Below, piece after piece: positions 48,595 to 63,156 of a stretch of 64,000 bases of DNA (positions within the stretch are counted from its first letter, which is position 1; the number at the start of each line of letters is the position of its first letter). Made by a program: the position numbers and the translations under genes. The notes under the pieces were generated by a model that had not been told where the DNA came from, searched no databases, and was given only the letters and a program-made list of their open reading frames with translations. The DNA lies in contig NW_021836153.1 of the NCBI RefSeq assembly GCF_006345805.1, positions 4,642 through 68,641 of the forward strand. The letters run 5' to 3'. This stretch comes from Octopus sinensis (lineage: Eukaryota).

Positions 48595-48855
48595 CTTTTA
48601 TTTGATTCTATCATTAGATAGCGGCCATGCTGGAGCACATTCTTGAAGGGTGTTTTTGTCGAACATATCGCCCCTAGTACATTTTCGTTACGTCCGGTTC
48701 TCAGTCTATCGACCATTGTTCTCGGGCCGCTCAGCTACGGGGATGTAAACAAACCGACACCAGCTGTCAAAAGGCGGTGGAAGGCAAATATATAGACACA
48801 CACATACACATATATATATGACGGGCTTCTTTCAGTTTCCTTCAGCCAAATTCAC
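48595..48855 (-). mobile_element. SINE family A, 5' truncated
   Basis: gcggccatgctggagcac...atgacgggcttctttcagtttcc. Confidence 0.75.
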
Positions 48856-49198
48856 AACCAAAGTAAAAAATATTTTTAAATATTAAGCTGTGTGCATATG
48901 TGTACGCGGAGGTAAATAGGTAGATGTCTATTTATGTGTACGTACTCGGATAGTAGGATATATGCATTTGAGCATTCATATGTATATATATATATATTAT
49001 TTGAGTATGAATTGAGGTACCTTAAAGTATATATTATACAACTAAGACTCTCTCTCTCTCTTTCCCTCTGCCTCTCTCTCTCTAGTATTCGACCTACCAC
49101 ATTTGGTATTTTCTCACGGTCACAGCTACCTGTATTGAAAGAAGTCGTGTGACTTGAATCATAAGTCGTTTTACAATGCATTGCATATAATACATAAC

Positions 49199-49243
<45 letters not shown>

Positions 49244-49365
49244 AAGAAGCTGACAGTGACTTTGCACCTGATTCAGGATCCTGGAAGCGTCAAGCAGCCG
49301 GATTCAGGCAAAACTTTAAATTTACAATCAATAACTTTAGAAATAGAAATAGATATAACAACAAC

Positions 49366-49401
<36 letters not shown>

Positions 49402-49486
49402 TCACACTACACTGCATCGATTTCTTTATCGGAAAAAATGAAGTAACGCTTTCAGTTTAACAGATCGACATATATTTTTAAAACCC

Positions 49487-49519
<33 letters not shown>

Positions 49520-49749
49520 ATATAATATATAATATGTGTGTGCATACATACATACATACATTTACTGGCTCCGGTCATTGGATGGCCGCCATATTGGTAT
49601 ACAGCAATAATGGGTTTGATTGATCAGATTAAACTACACGAATATTTTACGAATCTATATTTCTCGAAATGAAACAAAGACACAAACATAATCACGGATA
49701 CACAAACACAATAAATGTATGTATGTGTGTCTGTGTGTGTACGTATATA

Positions 49750-49791
<42 letters not shown>

Positions 49792-49904
49792 TTACATACA
49801 TATTCACTTGATATATATATAATAGATTCTGAACACAAGGATCTACTCGAGTGCGTCTGTCTGTCTGTCTGTATGTATGTATGTATTTACGTACGTATGT
49901 ACAT

Positions 49905-50091
49905 GGTCCACCTCAAACCGTTGGAGGATTTAGCTGCACAAAACAAACCCAGTACATTTTTTTTATGCAAAGCCTAATACTTATCGTATAGGTCTCTTTT
50001 TTGTCGAAACGCCATGTCACGGGGACGTAAACAAACTAACACTGGCTGTCGAACGCTGGTAGGAGACAAGAGTAAAGACACACACACACAC

Positions 50092-50126
<35 letters not shown>

Positions 50127-50292
50127 TAGGAATGTAAGTACATGAGTTTCAGTCAACTAAATTCACTTATAAGACTTTCATTGTCACGGGGTCACAATAG
50201 AAAGACACTAGCCCATGGTGACACGCAGTGGGACTGAACCCAGAATCATGTGGTTGGGAGATAAGCTTCTTACCAGACAGCCACACCTGCGC
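49905..50292 (-). mobile_element. Old SINE family A
   Basis: Tail 49905-50070, TG run, head ending cagccacacctgcgcc. Confidence 0.7.
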
Positions 50293-50789
50293 CTATATTT
50301 TACTTGAGTATTATTACTTAATTATTATTATTACCTATTCCGTTGAAGTTTATTACTATTACTATTATTATTATTTCATTTACATTAAATACCTAAAACA
50401 AATAGGGCATTTCGTTAATTTCGATTTAACGGACTTACAGTAAAGAAGACACGCCTTCCACGACATCTACAAATCAGTCTGTTCAATCGAACGGGTCGAA
50501 AACTCTAGAATAAAAAATCCCTTTTCTTAAAAGTATCCGTCAGTCCAAAGCCATGCCACTGTGGAAGACGACATTAAATGACCAGTACAAAAGGAGTCTG
50601 GACAGCTCGTGACTGGACAGCTCCATGTCAAACGTCCTCTACCCGACCGAAGCATTGTTCTGAAACATATGAAGTACTGAATTCTAAAATCAGGTTATTA
50701 ACTATCGCTATGCCTAAGCGAAATAATAATAATAATAGTAGTGTAGTAGTAGTAGTAGTAGTAATCATAAATAATAATAATAATGAAAA

Positions 50790-51000
50790 TAATACACTCT
50801 ACTCTAAGCACAAGGCCTCAATTTTGAGGGAAGGGATTAAGTCGATTACACTGACCCCAGCGCGTAAACTGGTACTTAATTTATCGACCTCCGAAAGGAT
50901 GAAAGGCACACTCGACTCCGGCGGCAATTGAACTCAGAACACGAAGACAGACAAAATACCTATTTCGTTACTACCCAGAAGGGGCTAAACACAGAGAGGA
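50790..51000 (-). mobile_element. SINE-B dimer, truncated in first monomer
   Basis: Tail-2, body, then junction aaatacctatttcgttactacccagaaggggctaaacacagag. Confidence 0.8.
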
Positions 51001-51020
51001 CATTATTATTATTATTATCA

Positions 51021-51060
<40 letters not shown>

Positions 51061-51110
51061 ATATATATATATTATATATATATAATATAATATATATATA
51101 TATATATATA

Positions 51111-51143
<33 letters not shown>

Positions 51144-51464
51144 CATATATATATGAAGAGAGAGATCTATAGGTGTGGGTTGTGTGGTGTGAATAATAGA
51201 TCTGGTCTAGGTCAATAATGGCTGACATTGCAAGTTATCGAAGTTTCGAAATTTGTGTGTATGTGTGCGTACGCTAGGGTATATGGGCTGTCTCACAGCT
51301 GCGTATACACGATATAGTTAAACGGACAAACATGTGAAATTATACACATACAAGGGGGTGTGTGTGTGTGTGTAAGTATACATATATAGACATATATACA
51401 CATGCGTGAGTGGTGTTTGTGCGCGCCCGCGTGTGTGTATACAGGAAGAGATACACGTACGTAT

Positions 51465-51863
51465 GTCTAGGTGCAAATATATATACACATATCTATGTGT
51501 ATGTATATATTAATGTATAATGCATGTATATGTGTGTATGTATGTATGTATGTATGTATGAGTATATATATATATGTGTCTATGCACATGTGTGTGTGTA
51601 TGTGTGTATATATATATATATATGTGTGTGTGTGCGTGCGTGTATGTATGTGTATATATATATATATGTGAGTGTGCGTGCGTGTATGTGTATATATATA
51701 TATGTGTGTGCGTGCGTGTATGTATGTATGTGGTGTGTGTATGCATGTATGTATGTATATGTGTGTGTGTATATGCATGTATGTATGTATATGTGTGTGT
51801 GTATATGCATGTATGTATGTATATATGTGTGTGTGTATTTCTATATATACATATATGTGTATG

Positions 51864-51909
<46 letters not shown>

Positions 51910-52000
51910 TGTGTGTATGTGTGTGCGTATGTATGTATGTATAAGTGTATATGTATACATATCTTTATATGCACACGCATATATATATATATATATCATT
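51465..52000. repeat. Compound (TA)n/(TG)n/(TATG)n microsatellite field
   Basis: Source of the 51467-52153 ORF cluster. Confidence 0.95.
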
Positions 52001-52447
52001 CACACACGCGCGTCCGTTTATCTCGATTATATCGCACAATCAATATACATCATCAGCATTATTGATTTTTACAGACAATGGAATACAATGAACTTATACG
52101 ACACACACAAACACACACACACGTTCGTCTACAGTTGTAGCCACATGCTGTAATAGCCCCAAACAGAAACATTTGCAGTTCCGATCAGTTGAGGGTGAAG
52201 GGGTGACATGTGACCCCTCCGTTTGTTTTTAGATCGGATGCTATTGACTTTGATGCTCGACCCCCGGCCCCCACCCCCACCCGCTTCTTGTTAGGCCTGG
52301 TTACTCGCGACAGGGGACTTCGTCGTCGCAACATTTGGGAGCGACGTACAAACACAACCCATCTGTTTCCTCCTACTTCATGTTACGACAGCCACATCTT
52401 CATATGCACGCACACGTACATACATGTTCATATACATACATACATAC

Positions 52448-52492
<45 letters not shown>

Positions 52493-52561
52493 AATAAAAG
52501 AACGCAAAACAAGAAAACACACACTATCTACGTACATACATGCATACATCATATGTATATA

Positions 52562-52633
<72 letters not shown>

Positions 52634-52756
52634 CATATCCATACGTATATACACATATTTCCATCTGTATAGATATACACAATCATATATATTATAGACA
52701 GCATTATTGATTTTTACAGACATGAATACAATGAACTTATATGTATATATATTCTT

Positions 52757-52959
52757 ATATTTTTTATTTTACTTGTTTCAGTCATTTCATTGTGGCCATG
52801 CTGGAGCATCGCCTTTAGTCGAACAAATCGACTCCATGACTTATTTTTTGGAAGCCCCATTTTATCGGTCACTCTTTGCCGAGTCAGTTGCCAAGCGATG
52901 GCGAATTGCGGGGGGAGGCAAACACAGACACGCACACATAAATGCACACATACACACAA

Positions 52960-52994
<35 letters not shown>

Positions 52995-53102
52995 ATGGGC
53001 TTCTTTCAGTTTCCATCTACCAAATCCACTTACAAGGCTTTGGTCGACCGGACTATATAAGATACTTGCCCAATCTTCTTACCACACAGCGACACCTGCG
53101 CC
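52757..53102 (-). mobile_element. SINE family A, full length with head deletion
   Basis: Tail, CA/TA run, head ending gacacctgcgcc. Confidence 0.85.
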
Positions 53103-53128
53103 TATATATACGTGTGTATATATGCATA

Positions 53129-53209
<81 letters not shown>

Positions 53210-53509
53210 GCACACATAATATATATACACGGTCATATATGTGTGTGTGTGCACGTATATATATATAATATATATATATATATATAACAAAATAATAAAT
53301 AAAACATATGCATATACACACACACACGCACATACATTAATTCCATTTGGAATTGTAGAACTATACAATAAAACGAGTTTGCTCACTTCATTTTCCTTGT
53401 TAATGTTCCTATATACTCATATATATGCATATATATACACGTTTACCCATACATCTATATCATATATATACACACGCGCGCACCTGCTTTCAGTCGTTAT
53501 ATATATATA

Positions 53510-53523
53510 TTATACATTTAAGT

Positions 53524-53559
<36 letters not shown>

Positions 53560-53565
53560 CATTAA

Positions 53566-53615
<50 letters not shown>

Positions 53616-53653
53616 CATTTAAGTATATATATTATACATTTAAGTATATATAT

Positions 53654-53684
<31 letters not shown>

Positions 53685-53695
53685 TATACATTTAA

Positions 53696-53739
<44 letters not shown>

Positions 53740-53792
53740 CATTTAAGTATATATATATATATAATATATTATATATATTATACATTTTTAAG

Positions 53793-53825
<33 letters not shown>

Positions 53826-53872
53826 CATTTAAGTATATATATATATATATATATAATAATTATACATTTAAG

Positions 53873-53903
<31 letters not shown>

Positions 53904-53984
53904 TACATTTAAGTATATATATATATATATATATATATACTTAATGTATAATATATTATATATATATATATATTATACATTTAA

Positions 53985-54030
<46 letters not shown>

Positions 54031-54037
54031 CATTTAA

Positions 54038-54077
<40 letters not shown>

Positions 54078-54217
54078 CATTTAAGTATATAATATATAAT
54101 ATATATATATATATAATATATATTATACATTTAAGTCTATATAATATTATATATATATAATATATTATACATTTAAGTTATATATATATTTATTATATAT
54201 ATATATTTACATTTAAG

Positions 54218-54248
<31 letters not shown>

Positions 54249-54336
54249 TACATTAAGTATATATATATATTATATATATATATATTATACATTTAAGTAT
54301 ATATATATATATATATATATAATATTATACATTTAA

Positions 54337-54378
<42 letters not shown>

Positions 54379-54401
54379 ATATATATATATTATACATTTA
54401 A

Positions 54402-54439
<38 letters not shown>

Positions 54440-54533
54440 CATTTAAGTATATATATATATATATATAAAGAGTGTATATATATATATAATATATATATAT
54501 ATAATATAATATAAAATATTATACATTTAAGTA
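53510..54533. repeat. Compound satellite: TTATACATTTAAG core + variable (TA)n
   Basis: About 22 forward cores plus one inverted core at 53938-53951. Confidence 0.9.
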
Positions 54534-55082
54534 TGTATATATATATATATGCACACACACACACACATACTCGTATATGCATAAATTTACGCATACATAT
54601 GCATATGTGTGTGTGTGTACGAGCGCGCGCGCTAAACCACGAATTTAAGGCGATGGGGGTGGCGCAGTCGATTACATTGACCCCTCAGTTCTTAACTCGT
54701 CCTTGGTTTACCAACGTCGGAAAGATGAAAGGCAAAGTTCACAGTTGTCATACTTTTTACATCAGAACGTAAAGAGCATGGGGTGGTGGTGGTAGTGTAT
54801 GGGTTGGTAGTCACAAGAGTAGGAACTCCACGGTAAATTCAGGATGCATTCTCGGGTCTAATATTAGACTAAAGCCATTTAATCTTCCACTGTCCCCCGA
54901 ACATGAGACTATCGGATTAAATATTAAAATCCCCCAATGAGTTGACAGGGAATTACTCTTGTTACACTACATTCCTAGTTCAAATCCCCACCGAACTTGA
55001 ATTTACTATACTATAATACATATTAAATTTTATCGTATACTACATTTTCATTCATACATTGCATATAATTAACATAATGTAA

Positions 55083-55125
<43 letters not shown>

Positions 55126-55294
55126 ATATATATATATATATTATAGCGCAATAAATATGATAAAATAGATTAATATATAACATTATATATATTGTACATT
55201 GTGTTATAATATGCATATATATATATTTATGTTAATATATTTCATATTATACGTTTTATATACGGTATGTAATATAATGATAAATAAATATTCA

Positions 55295-55688
55295 TTTCTA
55301 TTCTAGGCACAAGGCCCGAAATTTTGGGGGAGGGGATCAGTCAATTAGATCTACCCCAGTACGCAACTAGTAATTAATCGATCGATCCCGAAAGGAGGAA
55401 ATGCAAAGTCGACCTCGGCGGAATTTGAACTCAGAATGTAAAGACAGACGAAATACCTGTTTCTTTACTACCCACAAGGGGCTAAACATAGAGGGGACAA
55501 ACAAGTACAGACAAACGGATTAAGTCGATTACATCGACCCCAGTGCGTCACTGGTACTTAATTCATCGACTCCGAAAGGATGAAAGGCAAAGTTGACCTC
55601 GGCGGAATTTGAACTCAGAACGTCAAGACAAATGAAATACCGCTAAGAATTTCGCCCGGTGTGCTAACGTTTGTGCCAGCTCGCCGTC
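55295..55688 (-). mobile_element. SINE family B, complete dimer
   Basis: Head (gccagctcgcc), body, tail-1, junction gaaatacctgtttctttactacccacaagggg, second body, tail-2. Confidence 0.92.
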
Positions 55689-56255
55689 TTATTGATAATA
55701 TAAATATTATCGTGTCTGAATAATATAATCTCTCGGGAAAAATTATATATTAAGCAAACAAGCATACATGATGGGTTTTAGACATGCGTGTATATTTTCC
55801 ATGTACATTTCCTGATTAAAAAAAAGAACATACTCAGATGAAATGTACATGCCAATATTTATATATTTTATTTCGTTTTTAACAGCTTACCATATACACC
55901 TATTAAACACTCACTTCACAGCTATGTGATATCCCAGTGAAAATCTATACACTATATATATTATATTATACACCATAGATTTACAAGGGTGCAATGAACC
56001 CCATCTACATGCAACATGCTCATAACAAGTATTATATATATATCTATATATATATATATATATATCTATATATATTATATAATATATTATATATATATAC
56101 TATACATACACGCAACATACACGCAGCACGTAACAACCTCAACAGATCATACAGGTATATGACTAGTGTTATATATTATATATTGCATAGTATCATATCA
56201 CGCTACGATTTTATAGTGTAACTTAATGATACTTCTATACACACATACACACACG

Positions 56256-56304
<49 letters not shown>

Positions 56305-56804
56305 CTATTTATAACATAACTGTATACATATTACAGATATGTAACGAGTTGTAGAATGTGCGTTTATACAGCTGAGCGAATCGCAGTATCGTTTATACGT
56401 TATTCTGTTCATACATCAAATAGTATAACAGTAAACAGATTAAAAATATAGAATATATACGTATACATATTACAGATATAGACATGAAATATCGCTGTGT
56501 ACACAAGTATATAGGATATATAACATAGGATATATAACATACATCTCTAAAATAGATATTTATGAACAATCGGTACACAATACACATGGTAATGTTATAC
56601 GCAATAACAAATACATAAAGAAACCGATTGTATAATTATTAATATTCAAGAAGAATATGTACGTATATGTATGTGTATATATATAAAACTTAAAACTTTG
56701 ATATGTTTCGACCTAAAGATTGGTCCAAGCCATGTCTAACTTAATAGCACCACCTGATATATATATGACATATAAATAAATGCATATGTATATATACATG
56801 CATA

Positions 56805-56920
56805 TATGGGTACAGGACATCAAAAAAAACGTAGACAGAATGAGAAACGAGAACATAAAAAAAAACATAGAGAAACGAGACATGAAACATAATGAACATT
56901 CCCTTCATCAGTTGTTCCCT
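56805..56920. mobile_element. Dispersed repeat family G, truncated
   Basis: gggtacaggacatcaaaaaaaacgtagacagaatgagaaacgag...cccttcatcagttgttccctg. Confidence 0.7.
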
Positions 56921-57511
56921 GTATATATATATATATACATGCGTAGTTGTAAATTACAACTTGCCAGAAGATCGTCCACGCATACAGGCGTGTAGCAAAA
57001 GTCTGACTCAACCAAAATAAAAGATCAATTTCTACCAAAATACTGAGTACCCTTTTTCCTGACAGTTATATTTATTTGTGTGTGTGCGCGCGCGCGCGTT
57101 TTCCGTGTTTTGGTCACGGCACTGCGGCCACGTGTTGGATCGGGGCACCTTGTTTGGAGGGTTTACACCAACAAATCAATCGCAGTAGTTTTAATTCTTG
57201 AAGTCTGGTACTTATTCTATCGGCCTCTCTCGTCGAATCATTTTGTTGTGAGGACGTTAACAAACCAACTTCCAACCGTCAAGCAGTAGGGGAGAAAAAA
57301 ACACCACACATATACACACACACAGAGGTGTATGCGTGTGTGTAGTACACATAATATATACGTATATATGTGTGTGTGTGTGGATAATGTATTTACATTA
57401 ACACAGAAATACACACACACAGATATATATGTATACACACACACACAAATACATTTGGAACATTGCTCACAGCATCTGCTTCATGAGCGCATTGTAGTCT
57501 CCATTCCTCTA

Positions 57512-57552
<41 letters not shown>

Positions 57553-58110
57553 ATATTCACACACACACGGGCGTGTTTGTATATATGCACGCACACGAAT
57601 GTATAACTGGTATGTGTGTGCATGTATGCAGTTATGTATACGTATGCACATAACACACACACATACAATAAACTATCGTAAAGTCATCTTGAGAATAACT
57701 TTATGAAGTGCAAGTCTCAACGGTATACAACCAAGACATTTTCGTACATCTGGGACATGCCATATACATATGCATATATTTATATGTATTCATATATATA
57801 AATATATTTATTATCATTATTATTATTATTCAGTTCTAGGTTTAATAAGGCCGGTTAAACGGGTTCCATGCCGTATAGGTGGTCGAAATGACAATAATCC
57901 TGATGAACGAGGCGCCAGCTCAATGGTAGCAATTTGTGAATGTAATGGTACAAGTCGATTACATCGGTCGCTGTACTTGTGTGCTACTCAAATTTATCGA
58001 ACCCGACGGGATGAAAAGTAGCAAAGTCGAGTTGGTGGGATTTGAACTTTGAAAGAGAGAGAGATAATGCTATGAATTTCGTCTGTCTTACGGGCCTAGA
58101 TCTATATAAG

Positions 58111-58145
<35 letters not shown>

Positions 58146-58224
58146 TACATACATACACACAAACAGACAGACATAATATATATAATATATAAATAGATAT
58201 ATATACACAGATATGTATATATAT

Positions 58225-58258
<34 letters not shown>

Positions 58259-58387
58259 AGAGTGAGTGAGACATGTATGTATATACATAGACAATGTATG
58301 GATATATACACAGACATATGCATGTATATACACAGACATATGTATGTATATATATCACAGACGTGTATACACACACACATATATATA

Positions 58388-58442
<55 letters not shown>

Positions 58443-58454
58443 ATATATATAGAG

Positions 58455-58498
<44 letters not shown>

Positions 58499-58769
58499 TA
58501 TATATGCATGTGTATATACACACACTACCTCTCACATCCGACAGGCTTCCACACAGTTTCTGTCCACCGAATTCACTCACAAGATACTGATCGACTCGGA
58601 ACTCTAATGGGCAGTGAAATTGAACTTGAAACTACGAGGTTATATATCGATCGTCGTAACCGTGTGTACGCGGGCGCGCGCGTGTGTATATTATCGACAG
58701 CACATACACTGTGCATGTGTTTTGTTTATAAGCTGAATTTGCGAGCTAAACCTACACACACACATAGAC

Positions 58770-58799
<30 letters not shown>

Positions 58800-58800
<1 letters not shown>

Positions 58801-58925
58801 TCTTTTACTTGTTTAAGTCATTTGACTGCATGGCCGCGGCCAGGCTGGAGCACCACAAATCGACCCCAGGACTGATTCTTTGTAAGCCTACTGCTTATTC
58901 TATCGGTCGCTTTTTTTTGCCATTA
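58800..58925 (-). mobile_element. SINE-A tail fragment
   Basis: tcttttacttgtttaagtcatttgactgc...cttattctatcggtc. Confidence 0.8.
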
Positions 58926-58990
58926 TATATATATACACAACCACAAATATATATAATATATACATAGATATATATACACAGACGTGTGTG

Positions 58991-59064
<74 letters not shown>

Positions 59065-59068
59065 CATT

Positions 59069-59101
<33 letters not shown>

Positions 59102-59128
59102 ACATATATATATATATATACATAATAC

Positions 59129-59159
<31 letters not shown>

Positions 59160-59164
59160 CATAT

Positions 59165-59530
59165 CTCTTTCTTCTTTTTTCTCTTTTACTTGTTTCAGTC
59201 ATTTGACTGCGGCCATGCTGGGGCACCGCCTTAGTACTTATTCTATCGGTCCTCTTTTGCCGAACCGCCAAGTAACGGGGACATAAGCACACAGCATCGG
59301 TTGTCAAGCAATGCTAGGGCAACACAACACAAACACACACACACCCACACATACATATATATACATATAGACGACAGGCTTCTTCAGTTTCCGTCTACCA
59401 AATACACTCACAAGGCATTGGTCGGCCCGGGGCTATAGCAGAAGACACTTGCCCAGGTGCCACGCAGTGGGACTGAACCCGGAACCATGTTGGTTGGTTA
59501 GCAACTTACCACACAGCCACATCCTGCGCC
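59165..59530 (-). mobile_element. SINE family A, full length
   Basis: Tail, CA/TA run, head ending cctgcgcc at (TA)n. Confidence 0.9.
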
Positions 59531-59619
59531 TATATATATATATATAGAGAGAGAGAGACAGGTATTGTATATACATAGACATATGTATGGATATTATATA
59601 TATATATACACACTATATG

Positions 59620-59659
<40 letters not shown>

Positions 59660-59667
59660 TATATATA

Positions 59668-60103
59668 GGCGCAGGAGTGGGCTGTGTGGTAAGTAGCTGT
59701 TTACCGGGTTCAGTCCCACTGCGTGGCACCTAGGGCAAGTGTCTTCTACTATAGCCACGGGCCGACCAAAGCCTTGTGAGTGGATTTGGTAGATGGAAAC
59801 TGAAAGAAGCCCGTCATATATATGTAATATATATTATATATATATATAATATAATATATATATATAGATATTCTGTGGTGTGTTGTGTGTCTGTGTTTGT
59901 CCCCCTAGCATTGCTTGACAACCGATGCTGGTGTAGTCATGTCCCCCGTTACTTAGCGGTTCGGCAAAAGAGACCGATAGAATAAGTACTGGGCTTACAA
60001 AAGAATAAGTCCCGGGGTCGAGTTGCTCGATTAAAAGGCGGTGCTCCAGCATGGCCGCAGTCAAATGACTGAAACAAGTAAAAGAGTAAAAGAGTAAAAG
60101 AGT
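59668..60103 (+). mobile_element. SINE family A, full length, (AAAAGAGT)n tail
   Basis: ggcgcaggagtgg...ggttcagtccc...gaaacaagtaaaagagtaaaagagtaaaagagt; inserted in (TA)n. Confidence 0.92.
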
Positions 60104-60948
60104 ATATATATATATAGGAATATGTATCTTACTGTATTGTACATGTACATAAATTATATATATGAATATATATGCATATTATACATACATGTGTATAAAT
60201 ATATACGTGTGTATGTGTGTGTGTCTTTCCAATATAGAAAAATCGTTCTTCAAATATTGCGACTGTACCGAGAATCTTTACAAAAACTTTTTAATACGCG
60301 TGTCCATGTAAACTCTGCATGTACGCGTAAATACACATACGTGTGTGCATGTGTGTTTGTATGTATGTATGTATGTACGTACAATATGTATGCGTGTGTG
60401 TTCATGTATGTATGTACGCGTGTGAGTGTGTGTGTGTGTGTGTATGTTTATATATGATTGCATATAGTCATGTCTCACACAGGGCTCGAGAAATACACAA
60501 GTCTCTACTGCCGATGTTTTAACGACGTCACAAACGTACAAAACGGAAGAATCTGTGTTATGTATTTCAAATTGATGAATTGACTCTCAACCGAAAAAAA
60601 AAAACAATAATTGTTTATGATCAGAACTTCAAGTAAAAAAAAAAAAAAAAACCGCACACAGAGTCTAAATTAAATGTTATATACGTAATATATAATAAAA
60701 TGTATTATTGTAAGATAATAAACAACGAATATCAAGCTCCGTGTGAAATGTTTCCGTTTATGTTAATAACCACAGAATGCATAATGATAATAACAATAAC
60801 TGCTTCGCTAGTATTTATTTATTTATTTATACATTATCATAAATATTAAATTTTTAAGTACTGCTCCAGCGTATGTCAATCTATAACCACTAAAAGTACC
60901 CAAAAAAGGCTGTGTGTGTGTGTGTGAGAGAGAGAGAGTATGCACGTG

Positions 60949-61021
<73 letters not shown>

Positions 61022-61066
61022 GTAGGTAGGTAGGTAGGTAGGTAGATAGATAGATAGATAGATAGA
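60949..61066. repeat. (GATA)n-(GGTA)n-(GATA)n microsatellite
   Basis: Direct reading; source of the YLSI ORFs. Confidence 0.95.
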
Positions 61067-61133
61067 TACACACATATAGAGAGAGTGTTGAGAGGAATGT
61101 AATTTCTAATACACAACCATCCAACACACTATA

Positions 61134-61165
<32 letters not shown>

Positions 61166-62100
61166 CTGCACGCACACATACCAGTGTATACACAGATTCG
61201 TACATACACACATGCGCACACATTCTCACGCACGCACACGTACGTACACACAGACATACATACACACATACACACTCACAGACGTACACACATACATACT
61301 TACACACAAACATACGTACATACATACACACAGGTATGCATATATTACCCAGACACATACAACAGGCATACACGTATACACTCAGATATATACACATACA
61401 GACGTACAGACACACATACACACTGGCATACACAGACACACATACTCACACATACATACACGCATACACAGACACACGTATGCCCACTTGCGTATGTATG
61501 CACGTACGATACAGCTCGACTACCAAACGAATCGTTTCGTAAATCTACCCAAACCGACGCAGCCTGCACACTTGCTCCCCAGTGGGACGGTGCTAGCGTA
61601 GTTTGGGAACCACCCCGTAAACAGATGCCAGGGTATCAGACAGGCTGCATCCTGAGAATGTAGAAGCGGTGAGTGGGAGAGAGGGAGGGAGAAGGTGGCA
61701 CTGGTTGCTTCAGTTCACAGATGGGCATGGTTTGATGAGATGGGTGAGTTGGGTGGAGTGATGGGGGTTGATCATTTATATAGAAGAAGAGGTGGATGTT
61801 GCAGATAGAGGTAGGGAGGGAGGGAGGGACAGACAGACAGACATACAGGCAGATAGGCAGGCTGAGATAGATAGATAGATGGATGGATGGATGGATGGAT
61901 GGGTGGATGGGTGGATAGATAGATGGACAGATGGATAGGTAGACAGATAGAGAGAGACAGACAGACAGACAGACAGATGGACAGACAGATGGACGGACAG
62001 ACAAACAAATAAATAGCGAGACAGATAGATCGAAAGATATAGACAGACAGATGCATGCATACAAATAAGTAGACAGACAGATCGATACAGAGAGATAAAG

Positions 62101-62163
<63 letters not shown>

Positions 62164-62236
62164 CAGACAGAGAGACAGAGAGAGACATACATAATTAAAT
62201 ACATACAGTGCGATACACAGACAGGCTGTGATAGAT

Positions 62237-62316
<80 letters not shown>

Positions 62317-62623
62317 CAGAGTGACAGACAGAGATTCATGTAAATACATACATAGAGGGCATAGATACAGACAAGTGTGTATAACGACAACAGCTAAGAC
62401 AGAGCAAGGTGCACGTGTGTAAATATCTCAATGTATACACAAGCAGCAATGGCACTGTGTACTTACGGGTACATGTGCAGCGATCAGGTGGGCATTCACA
62501 CGGAAATTTCACTTGCTCATCGATCTGCAAGAAACAGTATACAAATCTCCCAGAATGCACTAACACTCAACTTCTCTTAGGAGGACATATTTATAACTGA
62601 AGATTCACCCCAAAACTATCACT

Positions 62624-62693
<70 letters not shown>

Positions 62694-63156
62694 TACATAG
62701 ATACATATATTATATATATAGATAGATAGATAGATAGATAACATAGATACATATATATATATATATATATAAGATAGATAGATAGATAGATAATATACAT
62801 AGATACATATATATATATTATATAGATAGATAGATATAATAGATAAATATATTATATAATATATATAGATAGATAGATAGATTACATAGATACATATATA
62901 TATATATATATATATATAGATAGATAGATAGATAGATAGATATACATAGATACATATATATAATAGATATATATATATAGATAGATATATAGATAGATAG
63001 ACATAGATAATATATTATATATATATATATATATATATCTATATTATATATATATATATATATAATATATATATATATATAGATAGACAGATAGATAGAT
63101 ATAGATAGATAGAGTATAAATATATATATATATATAGATAGATAAAGATAGATAGA

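Noticed and set aside
10927-54533. CRISPR-like reading of the 10927, 23793 and 53510 arrays
   Set aside because: Eukaryotic context, no cas genes, and repeats are degenerate or spacers are simple TA runs.
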